From assembly GCF_963921235.1 (NCBI RefSeq), contig NC_086097.1, forward strand, positions 25,670,001 through 25,734,000: DNA of 64,000 nucleotides, read 5' to 3'. This document shows positions 28,101-41,129 of the stretch, piece after piece. This DNA comes from Mobula hypostoma. Taxonomy: Eukaryota. The translations under genes and the position numbers were made by a program. Below the pieces are notes generated by a model. It ran no database searches and had not been told where the DNA came from. It was given only the letters and a program-made list of their open reading frames with translations. Positions within the stretch are counted from its first letter, which is position 1. Each line of letters opens with the position of its first letter.

Positions 28101-29221
28101 TGCTGAAGCACACCTTTGGAACATCAACTGATGGTGTCTACCTCCACACCAGATCAGACAGGAGGCTGTTCAGTCTGTCCCTGCTGAGGGCAAAAACCAA
28201 GGTTCGTGAAGTACTGATCAGGGACATGTTGTTTGCAGACACTGGCAACACACTCTGAAGAGCAACTGCAACGCCTCATGGACAGCTTCTCAAGAGCCTG
28301 CCAGGACTTCAGCTTGACCATCAGCCTGAAGAAAACCAACGTGTTGGGCCAAGGCCTTGAGCACCCCCCTGCCATCACCATCAACAACTACGAGCTGGAG
28401 GTAGTTCACGAGTTTACATATCTTGGCTCCACTATCACGGACAGCCTCTCCCTAGACTCCGAGATCAATAGACGGATCGGACGAGCAGCCTCAACGTTTG
28501 CCAGGCTGGCAAAGAGAGTCTGGGAGAATAGAATGCTGACAACGCACACCAGAGTTGCAGTCTACAGGGCCTGCATCCTCAACACACTGCTTTACGGCAG
28601 CGAGACCTGGAGCCTCTACTACAGACAAGAGCGGCGTCTCAGCGCCTTCCACCTTCGCAGCCTGAGACGCATCCTGGACATCATGTGGACTGACCGAGTC
28701 ACCAACAATGAGGTCCTGGCCTGCGCCAAGATACCCAGCCTCTTCACCCTGCTCCAACAACACCATCTCCGCTGGCTAGGCCACATACACCGCATGTCAG
28801 AAGGGAGGATCCCGAAAGACCTGCTGTATGGGGAACTGGCCTCTGGCAAGAGAGCACAAGGGCGGCCCCATCTTCGTTTCAAAGACGTTTGCAAGAGAGA
28901 CATGAAGTCACTGAAAATGAACGTCGAGAGGTGGGAGGATATCACAAGCGATCGCTCTCACTGGAGGCTGGAACTACGCAGAGGTCTAAAAAGAGGAGAA
29001 GAGAAGCTGAGGCTTGCTGCTGAAGAAAAGTGCACTCGTTGGAAAAACAGCACCAGGACAACACTGGAGGACAGCGCCTTCAAGTGCAGTCGCTGCAGCC
29101 AAGACTGTCACTCCCATGTGGGACTCTACAGCTACAACAGACGCTGCTCTGACACAGACTGAAGCAAGACTTTCCAGGCGCAGATCCATGGTCTCGCGAG
29201 ACTAACGGATGCCACCAGTAA
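25151..29221 (+). mobile_element. Near full-length RTE-clade LINE (5'UTR, APE, RT, C-terminal zinc finger), frameshifted
   Basis: VSIYAPTL, LLLGD, DCDTDH, KAPGLDGIP, KAFD, QGCVLAP, LLYGSETW, FKCSRC; possible TSD tggaacata at 25142 and 29222. Confidence 0.9.
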
Positions 29222-29934
29222 TGGAACATAGAACAATATAGCACAACACAGAACCTTCATCTCAGCATCTTGTGCCAACCTTTAAACCTATTCCAAGATT
29301 AACTTAACACTTCCCTCCCACATAGAAACATAGAAAACCTACAGCACAATACAGGCCCACAATGCTTGTGCCAAACAACAGGCCTACATAACCATCCACT
29401 TTATCTATCATTCATGTGTCTATCTAAGTCTCTTAAATCTCCCTAATGTATCTGCCTTTACCACCAGCCCTGACAGTGCATTCCACACACCTACCACTCT
29501 CTGTGTAAACATCTCTTGACATCCTCCCCCCATACTTTCCTCCCAACACCTTAAAATTAGGAATAAGATTATGCTAAACATGTATAAGTATCACTTAAGT
29601 CATACAGCATTGAAACATGCTCCTCAGCCTAATTCTAGCATGCCCCTCAGACCAACTAAGTTGCTGAACTGAACTAGTCTCACTTGCCTTCATTTGGCCC
29701 ATACCCCTCTAAACCTTCACTACCTATGCAACCCCAACCAAATGCTTTTTTGATTTTCATAATTGTACCCACCTCTACCACTTCCTCTGGAAGCTCAGCC
29801 CATATACTCACCATGCTGTGTGGAAAAAGTTGCCCTCCAGGTGCCATTTAAATCTTAACCCCCTCACTTCAAACCTATGCCCTCTAGTTTTAGACTCCCC
29901 TATCTTTGGGAAATAACTTTAGCTATTCACATAG

Positions 29935-31105
29935 ACAGCAAAATCTGCAGATGCTGGAAATCCAAACAACAAACACAAAATGCTGGAGGAACTCAGCAGG
30001 TCAGGCAGCATCTATGGGAGAGAGTAAACAGTCGATATTTCTGGCCAAGACCCTTCATCAGGACTCGGAAAAAGAAGATGAGTAGTGCAAGAAGGTGGGG
30101 TGAGGGGAGTAAGAAGTACAAGGTGGCAGGCGGGAAGTGGGAGGGGTAAAGTAAAGAGCTGGGAAGCTGATAGGTGAAAGAGACAAAAGGTTGGAGAAGG
30201 GGGAGGCTGGTAGGAGAGGGTAGAAGACCATGGGAGAAAGGGAAAGGAGATGAGCACCAAAGGGAGGTGATGGGCAGGTGAGGGGAGAGGAGGGGAGAGG
30301 AGGGGAGAGGAGAGGGGAGAGGGGAGAGAGGAGAGAAAGAAAAAAAAACAGGAATGGAAATGGTGAGGTGGGGGGGCAATTACCGGAAGTTCTAGAAATC
30401 AATGTTCATGCCATCAGGTTGGAGGTTACCCAGGAGGAACATAGATGTTACTCCTCCAACCTGAGTGTGGCCCAATTGCAACTCTAGAGGAGGCCATGGA
30501 TTGACATGTCGGAATGGGAATGTAGAATTGGGAATGAGAATTGAAGTGTGTGGCCACCGGGAGATCCTGCTTTTTCTGGCGAATGGAGCACAGGTGTGTA
30601 GCAATGCAGTCTCCCACTCATCAGGTCTCACCAATAAAGGCAGCCATACTGGGAACACTGGATACAGTAGATGATAGCAACAGACTGACAGGTCACCTCA
30701 CTTGGAAGGACTGCTTGGGGCCCTGAATGGTAGCGAGGGAGGTGGTGTAGGGGCAGATATGGCACTTGTTCATAAACATCACTCATTACCCACTTCAGTT
30801 CTACTTCCCATTCCAGCATGTCAGTCCATGGCCTCCGCTACTGCCACGATGAGGCTACACTCAGGCTGGAGGAACAACACCCTACATTCCATCTGGGTAG
30901 CCTCCAACCTGATGGCATGAACATTGATTTCTCTAACTTCCGGAAATTGATCGCCCCTCCCCCTTTCACTTCACCATTCCCATTTCACTCTCTCACCTTG
31001 TCGCTTTGCCTGCCCATCACCTCCCTCTGGTGCTCTTCCCCCTACCCTTTCTTCCATGGTCTTCTACCCTCTCCTATCAGACTCCCCATTCCCCAACCTG
31101 CAGTT
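29935..31105. mobile_element. Penelope-like element remnant with inverted arms and GIY-YIG fragment
   Basis: Minus arm TCQSVAIIYCIQCSQYGCLY and LPVATHFNS; plus arm RLEEQH..FHLGSLQPDGMNIDFSNF; hammerhead motif at ~30027-30064 (-). Confidence 0.8.
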
Positions 31106-31245
31106 GCTTGAAGTCCAGAGCAACACATAAAACTGCAGGAGGAACTCAACAGGTCACACAGCATCTATGGACGGAAATAAACAATTAACAATTTGCGCCA
31201 AGACTCTTCATCAGTGCTGCAAAAGAAGAGGGAAGAAACCAGAAT

Positions 31246-32065
31246 ACTTTATACTTTATTGTCGCCAAACAATTGATACTAGGACGTACAATCATCACAG
31301 CGATATTTGATTCTGCGCTTCCCGCTCCCTGGATTACAAATATTAAATACTAAAAGTATTTAAAATAGTAAAAATTAGTAAATATTAAAAATTTAAATTA
31401 TAAATCATAAATAGAAAATAGAAAAATAGAAAGTAAGGTAGTGCAAAAAAACCGAGAGGCAGGTCCGGATATTTGGAGGGTACGGCCCAGATCCAGGTCA
31501 GGATCCGTTCAGCAGTCTTATCACAGTTGGAAAGAAGCTGTTCCCAAATCTGACCATACGAGTCTTCAAGCTCCTGAGCCTTCTCCCAGAGGGAAGAGGG
31601 ATGAAAAGTGTGTTGGCTGGGTGGGTCGTGTCCTTGATTATCCTGGCAGCACTGCTCCAACAGCGTGCGGTGTAAAGTGAGTCCAAGGACGGAAGACTGG
31701 TTTGTGTGATGTGCTGCGCCGTGTTCACAATCTTCTGCAGCTTCTTTCAGTCTTGGACAGGACAACTTCCATATGGTGCATCTATAAAAATTAGTGAGGA
31801 TTTTAGGGGACAGGACAAATTTCTTTCGTTTTCTCAGGAAGTAAAGGCGCTGGTGGGCCTTCTTGGCAATGAACTCTGCTCGGTTGGACCAAGTCAGGCC
31901 ACTTGTGATATTGACCCTGAGGAACTTAAAGCTTTTGACCTGTTCCACCTGCGCACCACCGATGTAAATTGGGTCGTGCGGTCCGCTACTCCTTCTGAAG
32001 TCAACAACCAATTCCTTCGTCTTGCTGACATTGAGGGATAGGTTATTGTCTTCGCACCATGCCAC
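31246..32065 (-). mobile_element. Rex1/Babar 3' fragment inserted in a further Penelope arm (31110-31245 and 32066-32525)
   Basis: [30 protein letters not shown]. Confidence 0.85.
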
Positions 32066-32964
32066 CATAAGAAGGTGGAGGGAGGGAAAGAAGTACAATT
32101 TGGCAAGTGGTAGGTGAAACCAGGTGAGGGGGAGGCAGGTGGGTTGGTAGGGGAGGGGTGAAATAGGAAGCTGGGAGGTGAAGGGTTGAAGAAGGAATCT
32201 GATGGGAGAGAGGACACTGGACCATGGAAGAAAGGCAAGGAGGAGAGGCACCAGAGAGTGGTGATAGGTAGGCGAGAAGAGAAGAGATAGAGGGAAGAGA
32301 GGAGCTAGAATGGGGACTGAAAATAAAAATAGAGAAGTGGGAGAGAAATGACCAGAAGTTAGAGAAATTGATGTTGATGGCATCAGATTGGAAACTACTC
32401 AGATGAAATAAGACGTTGCTCTTCCAATCAAAATGTGAACTCATCATAGCAGTAGAGGCAGCCAGGGACCAACATGTTGGAAAGGGAATGGGAAGTCAAA
32501 TTAAAATGGGTGGTCACCGGGAAATCATACTCCACTTTAATTATATAAAAAAACAATGGCAGATCAGCCAGATCTGTACACCATTGGTGGAGAGATTTTG
32601 CTTGTGGTATACTGGGCTAAATCCATAACTTCCTGGAGATTTTTCCTGAGCATTCCTATACCCATGCTAAGTCATGATACAACCAGTTAGGATATTACAT
32701 AATACCGTGAACTTGCCTATATGTCTCCATAAAGGGATATTCGGCAAGGACTGGGAGGGCTGGAGGACTATGCTATGATACTCTATGACTCTATAGCAAT
32801 GGATAGAGGGTAGTCAGATCTACCGGTTTAGGATTTCCAGAAAGCATTTACTAAGATACCATATAATGAACCACCCTTGAAACAGTGTGTAAAGCTTTAG
32901 GTTTCCTTACAGCATTGGAACTAATTTATTCTTGGAATTGCAACTTTCTTAATGTGTAAGTTGT

Positions 32965-33270
32965 CAGATCAGATCAGAATCAGGTTTATTATCACCGGCA
33001 TGTGACGTGAAATTTGTTAACTTAGCAGCAGCAGTTCAATGCAATACATAATATAGGATCAAAAAATTAAAAAATAATAATAAATAAATTACAGTATACA
33101 TATATTGAATAGAAAAACATGCAAAAAATCAGAAATACTGTATATTTTAAAAAGTGAGGTGGTGTCCAAGGGTTCAATGTCCACCGAGGAATCAGATGGC
33201 AGAGGGGAAGAAGCTGTTCTTGAATCGCTGAGTGTGTGCCTTCAGGATTCTGTACCTCCTACCTGATGGA
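32965..33270 (-). mobile_element. Rex1/Babar 3' tail
   Basis: Reverse complement of the 9480-9810 tail. Confidence 0.8.
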
Positions 33271-34510
33271 ATTTACAAAGAGGAGAAGTGATCTTATTGA
33301 AACAACAGCTTCTGCCAAAAGACAGTCCTATCTGGTAGAGAACCTAGAGCTAGGGTGGCAGTTTTAAAAGGGACTGCTCGGTTAAAATAAAGATGAGACA
33401 GTACTTATTTTTTCCCAGGGCCATGAATCTTTGGAATATCCTGTTGTAGTGAAAAGTAAATCCAATTCAAAGTAATACAATGATGAAACAGAATGACACA
33501 TCCAAAATGCCAGAGGAATGCAGCAAGTTGGGCAGCATCTATGGAAAGGAATAAACAGTCAAATGTTTCAGGTCAAAACCTTTATCCAAATTGGAAAGGA
33601 AGGGGGAAAGAGGCCAGTATAAGGTAGTGGAGGCGAGGGAGGGGGAAGGAGTACAAGATGGCAGGTGATACATGAAGTCAGGTGAGGGGGAAAGTGATAA
33701 GTGGAAAAGGTAAAAGGCTAAAGGAGAAGGAATCTATTAGGAGATGAAAATGACCATGGGAGAAAGGGAAGGAGGAAGCGCACCAGATGGTGGTGATAGA
33801 CAAGTAAGGAGAAGAGGTAAGAGGGGAGCCACAGTGGGGAATGGAAGAAGAGGGAAGGGAAAGCGGGGGGAAACTGATTTGATGAAACAGATGTTTTTTT
33901 TTTGTTTTCACTTTGCTCTGTCATAAGTAAGTAGAAGAGTAAAGCCAAAGTTATGGTTATATACAATGTCAGAACCAGGTCGAACGGCATAATGACCAAC
34001 TCCTGCTCCTATTTATGTGGGTTCTAGGACCAAATAGTTTTAAGATACATAACGGAATTGTATAACAGGCTTGAATGTCTTTCTTTTTCTATGTTTCTTG
34101 TGCATTCTCCAGGCAAGCAATCAGATCTCTCAACGTTTGATTGAGAGATAAAGCTCTTAACAAACCATTTCAGCAGGCAAAGTTTTCAGTCATCTCATGT
34201 CCTCACTGGGGGAATCAGAGGTGGAGGAAGTCAACAATGTTTAATTCCTCGCTGTCATCATTACAAGCTACATTAATTTTGACCAACATGAAAAAGCTCC
34301 ATTTAGATTCTAATTAGTATCTACAACATTTAATGAAGAACAGAAATTCTTGGTTTATTTTCCCCTAGTATGGACACTTAAAAATTGAACTGCAAACAAC
34401 ATTCAACCTGACAGCACCCTTGAACTCAAACAGCCTGAGATTCACAGCAACACACATAAAATGCTGGGGGGAGGGGAGAGATCAGTGAATCAAACAGGAA
34501 TAAACAATCA

Positions 34511-34730
34511 ACACACATCAAAGTTGCTGGTGAACGCAGCAGGCCAGACAGCATCTATAGGAAGAGGCGCAGTCGACGTTTCAGGCCGAGACCCTTCGTC
34601 CTGACGAAGGGTCTCGGCCTGAAACGTCGACTGCGCCTCTTCCTATAGATGCTGTCTGGCCTGCTGCGTTCACCAGCAACTTTGATGTGTGTTGCTTGAA
34701 TTTCCAGCATCTGCAGAATTCCTGTTGTTT
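34511..34730 (+). mobile_element. Fold-back Penelope-derived mini element with hammerhead motif (core 34601-34628)
   Basis: Perfect ~90-bp inverted arms around a 2-nt spacer (34601-34602); TSD aggaataaacaatca(aca) at 34496 and 34731. Confidence 0.88.
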
Positions 34731-34939
34731 AGGAATAAACAATCAACATTTTGGACCGAGTTCCTTCATTCACTATGCACAAGTGTGAAGGGAATGGCTG
34801 TTTACAGTGGCAAATGGGCTGCTAATCAAATGGGCTAACTTGTTCTGCATGGAACTGAGCTCAACAGTTATTGGATCTGAATTTCATCTAGTCAAATGCA
34901 AGTATTCTGTCATGCTTCTAGACTTCTGATAGAAAGACT

Positions 34940-37455
34940 TGGTTATCCTGTCCCTTTCTTTAACAACTATATCAATTAAGTTTTGTAGTTCTTCCTCTGT
35001 ACTTGCAACTAACACAGTGTCATCTGCATATCTGAAATTATTGATGTTTTCACCGCCAATTTTGATTCCCAAGATGTCTCTTATTTTTTGTAATATTGTT
35101 TCACGGTACACATTAAATAAATCAGGGGAGAAAACACACCATTGATATAGTTGTTGAAGAAAGTGCAAAAATGGGTCTATCTATCAATTGCAAAAAGACA
35201 GAATGTATGGTGATACAGGTGTCCCCCGCTTTTCGAACGTTCGCTTTACAAAACCTCACTGTTATTAGTACCCTGTTTTCGCTTTCAGAAGGTGTTTCCA
35301 CTATTATGAAGAAAGGCAGCGCGCTATAAAAAATCAGCGCGCGCCCCGAGCAGCCGCTCTCCCCAGATTCGGAACTACATTCTCGCTGGCATGGCTTAAA
35401 CACGTGCCTGTGAGCAGGCGTTAGCAAGATGAGTTCTGAGGTATTGGAAAAGCCTAAAAGAGCTCGTAAGGGTGTTACACTTAGCGTAAAACAAGACATA
35501 ATTCAGCGTTTCGATCGTGGTGAGCGAAGCAAGGACAAAGTGAGTTTGGCTTGTGGAAGCTGACGAAGGTGATGTTGAAGAGGTTTTGGCATCCCATGAC
35601 CAAGAACTGATAGATGAAGAGCTGATGCAATTGGAAGAGGAAAGGATAACAATCGAAACCGAATGCAGTAGCGAAAATGAAGCAACTACGTGAGATTTTC
35701 GCTGCAATGATAAAGTACGACTTTAATTTTGAAAGGGTACGTAGGTTTAGGGGATATTTGCAGGATGGTTTGAGTGCTTACAAAGAACTGTATGATAGAA
35801 AAATGTGCGAGGCTCAGCAGTCAAGCAAGCCTTCCACATCAGCCACAGCAGACAACGAACTTCGACCTTCGACATCGAGGCGGGCAGTCATAGGAGAAGA
35901 TGAGCTGCCTGCCCTGATCGACGATGAGATGACACCCCCGTGTCCCACCACCCCAACCCCCGGGCCCCGGACAGACACTGTACCAATTCGCAGAGAATGC
36001 AGCAGTAGCCGGGAGGCACACAGCACATCTTTAAGAAAAAAGCCGAAATAAACATGCTAATTAATTAGGTGCCACCTAGCACATAATTGTCGGCCCAGAT
36101 CAGAGGTGATGCAATCGGCAATCGCCTCTGATCTGCGCCGACATTTACATGCTGGGCAGCACCTAATTAATTAGCATGTTTATTTCGGCTTTTTTCTTAA
36201 AGATGTGCTGTGTGCCTCCCGGCAACAACTGTGTTCTTCGCGGAAATGTATTGCTCGGCGGCCCAGAGGGTTGGGGCCACTGCACCACCCCAACCTGCGA
36301 CAACTCAGTCTAACACATCATCATCAGTGTGCTCAGCGCTGTTTTCCCAATTCTGGTAAGCGATACTACACTGTACATACACTATTTCTACTTTATATTG
36401 GCTGTGTATTTTTACATGTTATTGGGTAGATTTGGCAGCTTTATAGTTTAAAGGTTACTGGAGAGCATATTTATGCCAATAGCGCTTGTGTGAGATTTTC
36501 TGCCGAGAGCGCTTGCATGAGATTTTTGCTACGGAGATCTGTGCAGGCAATCGTTGCAGAGAAGTATTTCTACTTTATATAGGCTGTGTATTTATCATAT
36601 CATTCCTGCTTTTACTATATGTTACTGTTATTTTAGGTTTTATGTGTTATTTTGCATGATTTGGTAGGTTATTTTTGGGTCTGCGAACGCTCACAAAATT
36701 TTCCCATAGAAGTAAATGGTAATTGCTTCTTCGCTTTACGACATTCTGGCTTACGAACCGTTTCACAGGAACGCTCTACCTTCGGATAGCGGGGGAAACC
36801 TGTATTCAAAAAGAAGGAGAATCTGATCTGTAGGCTGAGAATAAACGGGAAAGACATAAAACAAGTACAGAACTTTTGCTACTTGGGAAGCTGGGAGACA
36901 TCAGATGGCAGGTGCGACATGGACATCAAAAGAAGAATAGGGATGGCAAAGGACACCTTTACGAGAATGAAGAGTACACTGACCAATACTAAACTAGGCA
37001 TGACAACCCACCTCAGAGTACTGAAATGTTACTTTATCCAGTAATATGGCTCAGAATGCTGGACAATATCTAGTAACATGAGGAAACGAATTGTAGCAGC
37101 AGAGATGTGGTTTTTGAGGAGGATACAAAGAATATCATGGACGAAACGAATATCTAACGAGGATGTCATGAACACAGCAAACACAAAAAGAGAAATAATG
37201 TATGAGATCATGAAAAGGCAACATAACTTCTTTGGACATGTGATTAGGAAAGAGGAGTTAGAATGTACGGTAATTAAGGGAAAGATTGAAGGGAAGAAAG
37301 CAAGAGGAAGACAAAGACAAATGATGATGGAGACAGCAGCCAGAGAACTGGAAATGAATACCAATGAATTGATCCACTTGACCCGAAACAGGAGTGTGTG
37401 GGCCATGGCAGTCAAAGCTCAAACTGGGCACGGCACCTGATGACGATGATGATGG
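34940..37455 (+). mobile_element. 5'-truncated RTE-clade LINE with inverted 5' piece (34940-35142), split by a Tigger-like element
   Basis: NNFRYADDTVL on minus; YGSECWT, AAEMWFLRR, FFGHVIR on plus; (GAT)n tail. Confidence 0.85.
35216..36802 (+). mobile_element. Internally deleted Tigger/pogo-like DNA transposon
   Basis: TA TSDs; TIRs caggtgtcccccgct / agcgggggaaacctg; N-terminal KRARKGVTLSVKQDIIQRFDRGE joined to an acidic C-terminal remnant; no DDD domain seen. Confidence 0.82.
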
Positions 37456-37789
37456 TGATCCTGCCCTTACTTTGCAGAGGGCTTGTCTGAAGAAGAAATT
37501 GCTGTCTTGTAGCAAGTTTTCATAAAGACCTCATTTGAGTCTTTTAACAAGGACTCCAAAGAAAGTAAATTGTAATCCTTATTCCATCTGTAGTTGTCCT
37601 ATAGCCGAGTTTGATTATCATAAGGCTAAGGTGAGGACTGAATCTGTGTATTGGTCACACACTGTAAACCACCTGTGAAGCTCAATCAGCTGTTACTACA
37701 GATTTTCATAACAAAAACAGCACTAGCTTTCTTCTATGTCCTGATGAAAGGTCCCAGTCAAAAACATAGCATGTTTATTTCTTGCCTGA

Positions 37790-39630
37790 CCATAGAAGCC
37801 ATAGAAAAACTACAGCACAGAATCAGGCCTTTTGGCCCTTCTTGGCTGTGCTGAACCATTTTCTGCCTAGTCCCACTGACCTGCACACGGACCATATCCC
37901 TCCAAACACCTCCCATCCATGTCTGTCCAATTTATTCTTAAATGTTAAAAAAGAACCCGCATTTACCACCTAGTCTGGCAGCTCATTCCACATTCCCACC
38001 ACTCTCTGTGTGAAGAAGCCCCCCACTAATGTGCCCTTTAAACTTTTCCCCCCTCACCCTTAACCCATGTCCTCTGGTTTTTTTCTCCCCTTGCCTCAGT
38101 GGAAAAAGCCTGCTTGCATTCACTCTATCTATACCCATCATAATTTTATATACCTCTATCAAATCTCCCCTCATTCTTCTACGCTCCAGGGAATAAAGTC
38201 CTAACCTATTCAACCTTTCTCTGTAACTGAGTTTCTTAAGTCCCGGCAACATCCTTGTAAACCTTCTCTGCACTCTTTCAACCTTATTAATATCCTTCCT
38301 GTAATTTGGTGACCAAAACTGAACACAATACTCCAGATTCGGCCTCATCAATGCCTTATACAACCTCATCATAACATTCCAACTCTTATACTCAATACTT
38401 TGATTAATAAAGGCCAATGTACCAAAAGCTCTCTTTACGACCCTATCTACCTGTGACGCCACTTTTAGGGAATTTTGTATCTGTATTCCCAAATCCCTCT
38501 GTTCTACTGCTCTCCTCAGTGCCTTACCATTTACCCTATATGTTCTACCTTGGTTTGTCCTTCCAAAGTGCAATACCTCACACTTGTCTGTATTAAACTC
38601 CATTTGCCATTTTTCAGCCCATTTTTCCAGCTGGTCCAAGTCCCTCTGCAAGCTTTGAAAACCTTCCTCACTGTCCACTACATCTCCTATCTTTGTATCA
38701 TCAGCAAATTTGCTGATCCAATTTACCACATTATCATCCAGATCATTGATGTAGATGACAAATAACAATGGACCCAGCACTGATCCCTGTGGCACACCAC
38801 TAGTCACAGGCCTCCACTCGGAGAAGCAATTCTCTACTACCACTCTTTGGCTTCTTCCATCGAGCCAATGTCTAATCCAATTTACCACCTCTCCATGTAT
38901 ACCTAGCGACTGAATTTTCCTAACTAACCTCCCATGCGGGACGTTGTCAAAGGCCTTACTGAAGTCCATGTAGACAACATCCACTGCCTTCCCTTCATCC
39001 ACTTTCCTGGTAACCTCCTCGAAAAACTCCAATAGATTGGTCAAACATGACCTACCACGCACAAAGCCATGTTGACTCTCCCTAATAAGTCCCTACCTAT
39101 CCAAATGCTTGTAGATTCTGTCTCTTAGTACTCCCTCCAATAACTTACCCACTACCGACGTCAAACTTACCGGCCTATAATTTCCCGGTTTACTTTTCAA
39201 TCCTTTTTTAAACAACAGAACAACATGAGCCATTCTCCAATCCTCCGGCACCTCACCCGTTGACACCGACATTTTAAATACATCTGCCAGGGCCCCTGCA
39301 ATTTCAACAATAGTCTCCTTCAAGGTCCGAGGGAATACCCTGTCAGGTCCTGGGAATTTATCCACCTTAATTTGCCTCAAGATAGCAAGCACCTCCTCCT
39401 TTTCAATCCGTACAGTTCCATGATCTCACTACTTGTTTCCCTTAATTCCATAGACTTCATGCCAGTTTCCCTAGTAAATACAGATGCAAAACAACCCATT
39501 TAAGATCTCCCCCATTTCTTTTGGTTCCGCACATAGCCGACCACTTTGATCTTCAAGAGGACCAATTTTATCCCTTACAATTCTTTTACTCTTAATATAT
39601 CTGTAAAAACTCTTTGGGTTTTTCTTGGAT
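37790..39630 (-). mobile_element. 5'-truncated, well-preserved CR1 LINE
   Basis: ORF 37983-39062 RT (SCLTNLLEFFE, YMDFSKAFD, KFADD); (CTATGG)-type tail. Confidence 0.92.
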
Positions 39631-39926
39631 GACCTACTGAGCTTCCCCAGCAGTTTGCACATGCTGCTTAAGATTTCCAACATCTGCAGAATCTCTTGTG
39701 TTTATGAGCCAGAGTCTCCCAACTGATCTGGTTTTTCATTCACCCTGCAAGGACACACTAGAGTCCACCTGCCTATCATTCCTATGCAATACTTTAATTA
39801 TTTTTAAAAATAGGGATCGAAATTCTTCAACAATAATACCAAGATGATAGATTAATAATCAATTTCAGTTGAATATACCCAAAATGAAAATTAATTGAAC
39901 CAATAGAAAGCTATTCCTGAGTAATA

Positions 39927-40404
39927 CGAGGGGTGATTGCTCAGTTCGTGGCCTAAGGTAGAAGGAGTCAATTTTAGAAAACCTAGCACATTTATTTTTC
40001 AACATTGTTCCCTCCTACATTTGCACACTTAGTCCAGCGGTCGTGGAGCATACGGATCTTGGACCTCCAGAAAGTGTCCATAGCAGGGGTGATTGATAAG
40101 TTCGTGGCCTAGGATAGAAGGAAATGAGTTACTAACTTCAAACTTTCTGCATAATTACTCAAAGAGTGGAACTGCACGTGCATGTAATGACAGCTGTATA
40201 ACTCATCTCCTTCTACCTTAGGTCACGATCTTATCAATCACCCCTGCTGTGGACACTTTCTGGAGGTCCAAGATCCGTATGCTCCATGACCACTGGGCTA
40301 AGTGTGTAAATGTAGGAGGGAACTATGTTGAAAAATAAATGTGCTAGGTTTTCTAAAAATTGACTCCTTCTACCTTAGACCACGAACTTATCAATCACCC
40401 CTCG
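39927..40404. mobile_element. Mariner-derived palindromic MITE
   Basis: TA TSDs; cgagggg...cccctcg termini; ~205-bp inverted arms; retains transposase end WAKCVNVGGNYVEK*. Confidence 0.9.
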
Positions 40405-40462
40405 TAGATTAAGCAATTGACCCGTCATGCAGTGGAATACACTTCTACCGAACAACACTCAC

Positions 40463-40535
40463 AGTCTCTTTTCTGGAAGCTTCTTGCACTCTCTCTGACA
40501 ATGAATTGATAGCAGTCCTCATTTCCTTATCAGCC
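40463..40535 (-). CDS. CEP128: CEP128 coding exon: (R)ADKEMRTAINSLSERVQEASRKET
   Basis: Acceptor ttttttcttcctattgacag| and donor |gtgagt; 73 nt, phase 2 to 0, which restores the frame. Positionally equivalent to human SDAETKRALEELTEKLNEAQKQEV. Confidence 0.87.
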
Positions 40536-41129
40536 CTGTCAATAGGAAGAAAAAATTTGGATAGCATCTACTTGAAAATAAATAACAATCACAATATCAA
40601 ATTCCTCTTCTCACCCTACACATTCAAAAGTGATTTAGCGTTTCTCAATACAAAGTTAATGAACCTTTCCTGTTGTAGTTTTGTCAGAACAAAGCAAAGC
40701 TGCTGAAAGATCCACCACGTCATCGACATACACGACCAATAAGATCAATCCGACCCTTCCCTCATACATAGCCCTCCATTTTACTGTCATCCATGTGCCT
40801 ACCTAAGAGTGTCTTAAATAACCCTAATGGGTCTGCCTTTAGTTGGCAGGGCATTCAATGCACCCACCACACTCTGTTAAAAAAAAATATATTTTGACAT
40901 CCACCCCCCTAAACTTTCCTCCAATCAACTTAAAATTATGCCCTGTAGTATAAGCCATTTCCACTCCGGGAAAAAGTATTTTGCTGTCCATTTGATCTAT
41001 GCCTTTTAGCATCTTGTAAACCTCTATCAAGTCACCCCTCAACCTCCTTCCCTCCAAAGAGGAGAACATTATTTTATATCAATGAACTCATGAATGCTTC
41101 TGAGATTTGGACTACTTAGATTTGGCATG

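Noticed and set aside
30281..30335. (AGGGGAGAGG)n as a regulatory array or CRISPR-like repeat
   Set aside because: Simple expansion within the Penelope purine tract; no spacers; eukaryotic context.
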